The notes below the pieces were generated by a model. That model ran no database searches, had not been told where the DNA came from, and worked only from the letters and a program-made list of their open reading frames with translations. DNA of 63,879 nt, the filler included. It is 7 parts of 7 records of this genome, joined end to end, with 100 filler letters (N's around TTAATTAATTAA, not from the genome) between each part and the next. Parts side by side here need not be neighbours in the genome. Positions count along the whole stretch, not along the records: positions 57,512 to 63,879 come from SRR31156797_33886; 6 more parts are not named here. One strand, written 5' to 3'. Shown here piece by piece: positions 59,525-63,879 of this stretch (its first letter is position 1; each line of letters starts with the position of its first letter). The position numbers and the translations under genes are program-made.

Positions 59525-60340
59525 ATGAATAAAGAACTTTTAAAAAAGATACTATTACCATTAATAGTACTATTTGTTATGATCCAAGCATGGGCTGGAT
59601 TATCACAATTAGTTGATGGATTTCCAAGTCCAACAGATACGTATGTAGCTGCCTTTGGTGGTGAAACAGAAGATGGAGATGAATATAAAGGGGTATTTGC
59701 TGATCCATTTTATATCGAAAATCAAGATGATAAAGGGATCTTTTGGCAGATCTTAGAATCACTTAAAAGAGTTTTTGGAGGATTTGCATTAGCGATCATC
59801 GTTGGGGTTCCTCTTGGACTTGCAATTGGTATGTCTAAAAATGCGCAATATGCCTTTGATCCATTTATCCAAATATTAAAGCCTGTATCGCCATTAGCAT
59901 GGCTTCCACTTTTACTCTTTGTATTTAAAGATATCAATATGACAGCGATATCTACAATTTTTATTACGTCTATTTGGCCTATTATTATAAATACTGCCCT
60001 TGGTGTAAGAAGTGTAAGTAGTGATTATATGAATGTTGCAAAAGTTCTTCAATTTACACCAATGGAAAAAATTACAAAGATTATTTTACCTGTTGCTGTT
60101 CCATATATCTTTACAGGGATGAGATTATCTCTTGGGATTGCATGGCTTGTTATTGTTGCAGCGGAGATGTTAACTGGTGGTATTGGTGTAGGATTCTGGA
60201 TCTGGGATGAATATAATAACCTTGCTTATCCAAATATTGTACTTGGAATTATTACTGTTGGTATCGTTGGATTTATCCTTGATCTTATGATGGGAAAAAT
60301 TGCAGATTATTTTGATTATAGAAACAAAGGGAGATCATAA
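59525..60340 (+). CDS. nrtB: Nitrate ABC transporter permease
   Basis: DPF...DKGIFWQ..SLKRV, PVSPLAWLP, WPIIINTALGV, WLVIVAAEML. Confidence 0.93.
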   Translation: MNKELLKKILLPLIVLFVMIQAWAGLSQLVDGFPSPTDTYVAAFGGETEDGDEYKGVFADPFYIENQDDKGIFWQILESLKRVFGGFALAIIVGVPLGLAIGMSKNAQYAFDPFIQILKPVSPLAWLPLLLFVFKDINMTAISTIFITSIWPIIINTALGVRSVSSDYMNVAKVLQFTPMEKITKIILPVAVPYIFTGMRLSLGIAWLVIVAAEMLTGGIGVGFWIWDEYNNLAYPNIVLGIITVGIVGFILDLMMGKIADYFDYRNKGRS

Positions 60341-61137
60341 TGGGTAACACTGATTTTTTAAAACTAGAAGGGATTGAAAAAAGATTTCCAATCCCAGGAA
60401 AAGATGACTATATAGCTGTAACAAATGTTGATCTTGATATCAAAAAAAATGAGATCATCTCTATTATTGGACATAGTGGATGTGGTAAATCAACACTTTT
60501 AAATATGATTTCTGGATTAGATATGCAAACAGATGGATATATCTTTTTAGAAAATAAAGAGATCAAAGGACCAGGACCTGAACGTGCAGTAGTTTTTCAA
60601 AACCACTCACTTCTTCCTTGGCTTACAGTGTATCAAAATATTGAGATGGCTGTAAAAAAAGTGATGCCTGAACTTAGTAAAAAAGAACTAGATGAAAGAG
60701 TGATGAAGTTTGTAGAGATGGTTAATCTAGATCATGCAAAAGATAAACTTCCAGATGAAATCTCAGGTGGTATGAAACAACGTGTAGGAATCGCAAGAGC
60801 CTTATCAATCAAACCAAAAGTTCTTTTAATGGATGAACCATTTGGAGCACTAGATTCTTTAACACGTGCAAATCTTCAAGAGCACCTTATGAGAATCCAA
60901 CAAAAGGTACAAAATACAGTTATTATCATTACACATGATGTAGATGAAGCAGTACTTTTAAGTGATAGAGTTATTATGATGACAAATGGGCCTGAAGCTA
61001 CAATTGGTGAGATTTTAGAAGTAAATCTTGATCGACCAAGAGATAGAGTTGCACTTCAAAAAGATCCTGAATATATTCGATGTAGAGAAGCGATTTTAAG
61101 TTTCTTATATGAAAAGTTTGCGAAAGATGATGAATAG
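60340..61137 (+). CDS. Nitrate ABC transporter ATP-binding protein (NrtC/D)
   Basis: GHSGCGKST, VFQNHSLLPWL, ISGGMKQR, MDEPFGALD, MMTNGPEA. Confidence 0.95.
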   Translation: MGNTDFLKLEGIEKRFPIPGKDDYIAVTNVDLDIKKNEIISIIGHSGCGKSTLLNMISGLDMQTDGYIFLENKEIKGPGPERAVVFQNHSLLPWLTVYQNIEMAVKKVMPELSKKELDERVMKFVEMVNLDHAKDKLPDEISGGMKQRVGIARALSIKPKVLLMDEPFGALDSLTRANLQEHLMRIQQKVQNTVIIITHDVDEAVLLSDRVIMMTNGPEATIGEILEVNLDRPRDRVALQKDPEYIRCREAILSFLYEKFAKDDE

Positions 61138-61327
61138 TAAGCATTTGCTCTCTATTCATCTCTAATTCTTATCTATTATTTCCTACCTATAATTTCTCTT
61201 CTCAATCTATTCAAAAATATTTCTATAGGTGACATCTTCCCCACTTATAAAAAATTGTTTTTTTATTTTACTAAATTCTTACTTTTTTATGCTAAAATCA
61301 CATAGAAAATGCAAGAGGAAGTTAGCC

Positions 61328-62458
61328 TTGAAAACACAAAGTATAAAGTTTCAAAATGGGAAATGGGAATTTGACAATATAAATAATTTAGATCTTAGTC
61401 GTGTACAGCTAGTCATGGTATTTGGTACTACACAATCTTTTGAAGATAATGACCATTATGAACTTCTTCATAAATACTATCCTAATGCTGATATTGTTGG
61501 ATGTTCTACTGCTGGAGTTGTGCAAGAGGGAATGGTATCAGAAGAGAATACAGTGGCAACTGCTATTGAATTTTTCGATTCATATATTAAAGTTACATAT
61601 GCAGAAGCAACAAACGATACTCTTTTTGAAAATGTCAAAGAACAACTTTTGGCATTTCCAAAAGAAAAATTACGTCATATGATGATACTTGCCGATGGTT
61701 TATTACACAATGGGGATATAATCACCCAAGCACTTAATGAAAAAGAAAATACTTTTTCCATTACAGGAGGTATGGCAGCAGATGGTATAAGATTTGACCA
61801 CACGCTTCTTTTTGCAAATGGAAAAGTCAAAAGTGGTATATTTGTGATGATTGGTTTTTATGGAGAATCATTACATGTTCAAACAGCTTGTAAAGCAGGA
61901 TGGGATGAATTTGGAGCAGAATGGGTAGTCACTAAATCTGAAGGAAATATTGTCCATGAGATCAATAATAAACCCGCTATAGAGCTCTACAAAAGATACT
62001 TAGGAGAATATATAAACCAACTACCTGCAAGTGGTCTTTTATTTCCTCTTATTATAAAAAACAATGAAACAGACTCAGAGGTCTTACGTGTCTTAATGTC
62101 TGTTTTTGATGATGGTTCTTTACTCTATGCTGGAAGTATTCCTCAAGGTAGTATTGTAAAGTTATGTAAAACCAATGCTGACAATCTCATAAAAGGTGCC
62201 GCAGATGCGGCCTCAATGATCAAAAAATATAATAAGAAAGAATCTCTTTGTGTCGTTATCAGCTGTATGGCAAGAAAAAATGTAATGAAACAACTTACTG
62301 ACTCTGAACTAGAAGAGGTAGAAGAGCATTTAGGAGAAGATACCAATCTTTGTGGTTTCTATTCTTACGGTGAACTCTCTCCTCAAGGTAACGGAACCTC
62401 TTCACAATGCCGTTTACATAATCAAACTATGACCCTTACTTCTATTTACGAAGATTAA
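61328..62458 (+). CDS. FIST (NosP-like) signal transduction protein
   Basis: GCSTAG, DGL, GGMAAD, GW..FG, SCMAR, GFYSYGE, HNQTMT. TTG start at 61328 after GAGGA. Confidence 0.9.
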   Translation: MKTQSIKFQNGKWEFDNINNLDLSRVQLVMVFGTTQSFEDNDHYELLHKYYPNADIVGCSTAGVVQEGMVSEENTVATAIEFFDSYIKVTYAEATNDTLFENVKEQLLAFPKEKLRHMMILADGLLHNGDIITQALNEKENTFSITGGMAADGIRFDHTLLFANGKVKSGIFVMIGFYGESLHVQTACKAGWDEFGAEWVVTKSEGNIVHEINNKPAIELYKRYLGEYINQLPASGLLFPLIIKNNETDSEVLRVLMSVFDDGSLLYAGSIPQGSIVKLCKTNADNLIKGAADAASMIKKYNKKESLCVVISCMARKNVMKQLTDSELEEVEEHLGEDTNLCGFYSYGELSPQGNGTSSQCRLHNQTMTLTSIYED

Positions 62459-62463
62459 TCAAA

Positions 62464-63879
62464 ATGCATAGACTTCTAAAACTTCAACTTAAAAAGATAT
62501 ATGGAAAAAACTTTGATGTTGAGCTTTTTGATGAAAAGATGCTGGATTTTATTGAATTAATAGAAACTGCCTATAATGATTTTGAACATATACAAAAAGT
62601 AACTGAACATACTTTAGAAGTAAGTGCTCTTGATCTTTCTGAAATGAACCGTGAAACAATGAAAGATCGAAACTTGCTCAAATGTGTGACAGAATCGATT
62701 CCTGATCTTATTTTCTATAAAGATCTAGACCGTTCTTATATTGGATGTAATGTGGAGTTTGAAAAATATTCTGGAAAACCTCTTGATCAAATTTTATATA
62801 AAAAAGATGAAGATATTTTTGATGAAGAGTATGTAGAGATAATGAAAAAAATTGACTATGAAGCACTTCATAGTAAAATGATCTCTAAAAAAGAAGTAAG
62901 AACAAAAAAGGAAAACGGTGAAGCAATAATTCGTCAATTTCTTATTTCGCCTCTACTCGATGATAGTGATAAAGTGATCGGTTTAGTAGGAATTGCCAGA
63001 GATATTACAAAAGAGCATCTCACACAAAAAGAACTAGAAGATCATGTACAAAAACGTACCATCGAACTTAAAAAAGCACAAGAGCAAGCGGAAAATGCAA
63101 ATAAAGCAAAATCTGAGTTTCTTGCAAATATGTCCCATGAAATTAGAACACCTTTAAATGCAATCCTAGGATTTATTGATCTTTTAAAAGAGGAAAATGA
63201 TAGAGAAAAATCTCTACAATATATCAATACAATAGATAGATCAAGTCAATCGCTTTTTCAAATCATTGAGGATATTTTGGATTTTAGTAAAATAGAAAGC
63301 GGTAAACTTGAAATTGAAAATATATCCTTTAATCCATTCGATGAATTTTCTATCATTACAGATCTTTTTGGAGGAAAATGCTCAAACAAAGGGATACAAC
63401 TACATATAAAAATAGATAAAAACCTCCCTGAATCTATCCAGTCTGATCCACTAAGAATCAAACAAGTTATTTCAAATCTAATGAGTAATGCTGTTAAATT
63501 TACACAAACAGGACACAATATCTTTATCGATATTAGCTATAAAAACAATTTTCTCAAAGTATCCGTAAAAGATGAAGGCAAAGGGATATCAGAGGATAAG
63601 TTAGATCATATTTTTGATCCTTTTAACCAAGAGGATAATGCAACTACCAGAAAATATGGAGGAACGGGACTCGGACTAACAATCAGCAAAAACCTTATTT
63701 CACTTCTTGGAGGAGAACTGAAAGTAAAAAGTAAACTTGGGATCGGTAGTGAATTTTACTTTTCTATTCCAACTGAAATAGGAGGAAATATACCACAAAA
63801 GGGACAAAGTAAACATACTATAGATCTTTTAAATAAAAAGCTTTTACTTGTTGAAGATAATAAAGCAAATCAAATGTTT
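62464..63879 (+). CDS. PAS-domain hybrid histidine kinase, 3'-truncated
   Basis: Hand translation: MHRLLKLQLKK...PDLIFYKD...FLANMSHEIRTPLN...NAVKFT...GGTGLGL...LLVEDNKANQM (receiver start). Not in the ORF track because it runs off the window. Confidence 0.93.
   Translation, partial: MHRLLKLQLKKIYGKNFDVELFDEKMLDFIELIETAYNDFEHIQKVTEHTLEVSALDLSEMNRETMKDRNLLKCVTESIPDLIFYKDLDRSYIGCNVEFEKYSGKPLDQILYKKDEDIFDEEYVEIMKKIDYEALHSKMISKKEVRTKKENGEAIIRQFLISPLLDDSDKVIGLVGIARDITKEHLTQKELEDHVQKRTIELKKAQEQAENANKAKSEFLANMSHEIRTPLNAILGFIDLLKEENDREKSLQYINTIDRSSQSLFQIIEDILDFSKIESGKLEIENISFNPFDEFSIITDLFGGKCSNKGIQLHIKIDKNLPESIQSDPLRIKQVISNLMSNAVKFTQTGHNIFIDISYKNNFLKVSVKDEGKGISEDKLDHIFDPFNQEDNATTRKYGGTGLGLTISKNLISLLGGELKVKSKLGIGSEFYFSIPTEIGGNIPQKGQSKHTIDLLNKKLLLVEDNKANQMF

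Noticed and set aside
1-63879. CRISPR arrays, tRNA/rRNA genes, prophage or anti-phage defence operons
   Set aside because: None recognised by eye: no regularly spaced direct repeats and no cas, phage structural or known defence motifs. A tRNAscan/Infernal/DefenseFinder run would be needed to exclude them formally.

Overview
This window is not one locus. It is seven unrelated contig fragments joined by artificial 100-bp spacers (N44-TTAATTAATTAA-N44), apparently from anoxic or sediment metagenome organisms. Taxon labels below are impressions from gene content and base composition. (1) 1-15375, Desulfobacterota-like: TRAP transporter plus IclR divergent from an FrhB-like/IorAB/FAD 2-hydroxyacid dehydrogenase operon, a four-subunit 2-oxoacid:ferredoxin oxidoreductase, an HdrD-like gene, and an HdrA/HdrL gene with an in-frame selenocysteine UGA and a SECIS-like hairpin. 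(2) 15476-26254, Desulfovibrio-like: a xanthine dehydrogenase-family molybdenum hydroxylase with mocA, yqeB, yqeC, a BCCT transporter with a remodelled aromatic box, a MoeA-like gene and an MCP. (3) 26355-35569: TetR, aspartyl protease-PDZ lipoprotein, stand-alone condensation-fold acyltransferase, amidohydrolase, methyltransferase, AraC, C-GCAxxG-C-C protein and serine hydrolase. (4) 35670-45272: rsgA end, GNAT, an internally deleted IS66, an unusual membrane protein (His-rich DUF6915-like domain, TM, sCache_2, TM, PAS, DUF294 nucleotidyltransferase) downstream of a DUF3360 membrane protein, and a decayed zone with a group II intron 3' remnant, a selO/ydiU fragment and attC-like relics. (5) 45373-51685: AGCS symporter, MATE with a structured leader, ATP-grasp ligase and 7TM inactive transglutaminase. 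(6) 51786-57411: UDP-glucuronate decarboxylase, an unannotated small lipoprotein, a geranylgeranyl reductase-like enzyme, a two-component pair and tyrS. (7) 57512-63879, Campylobacterota-like: nitrate reductase start, nitrate ABC transporter, FIST protein and hybrid kinase. The best candidate for an undescribed system is the Cache-sensing membrane nucleotidyltransferase with its putative metal-dependent 'eraser' domain and neighbouring DUF3360 protein. The selenium-dependent Mo hydroxylase plus BCCT cluster is second.
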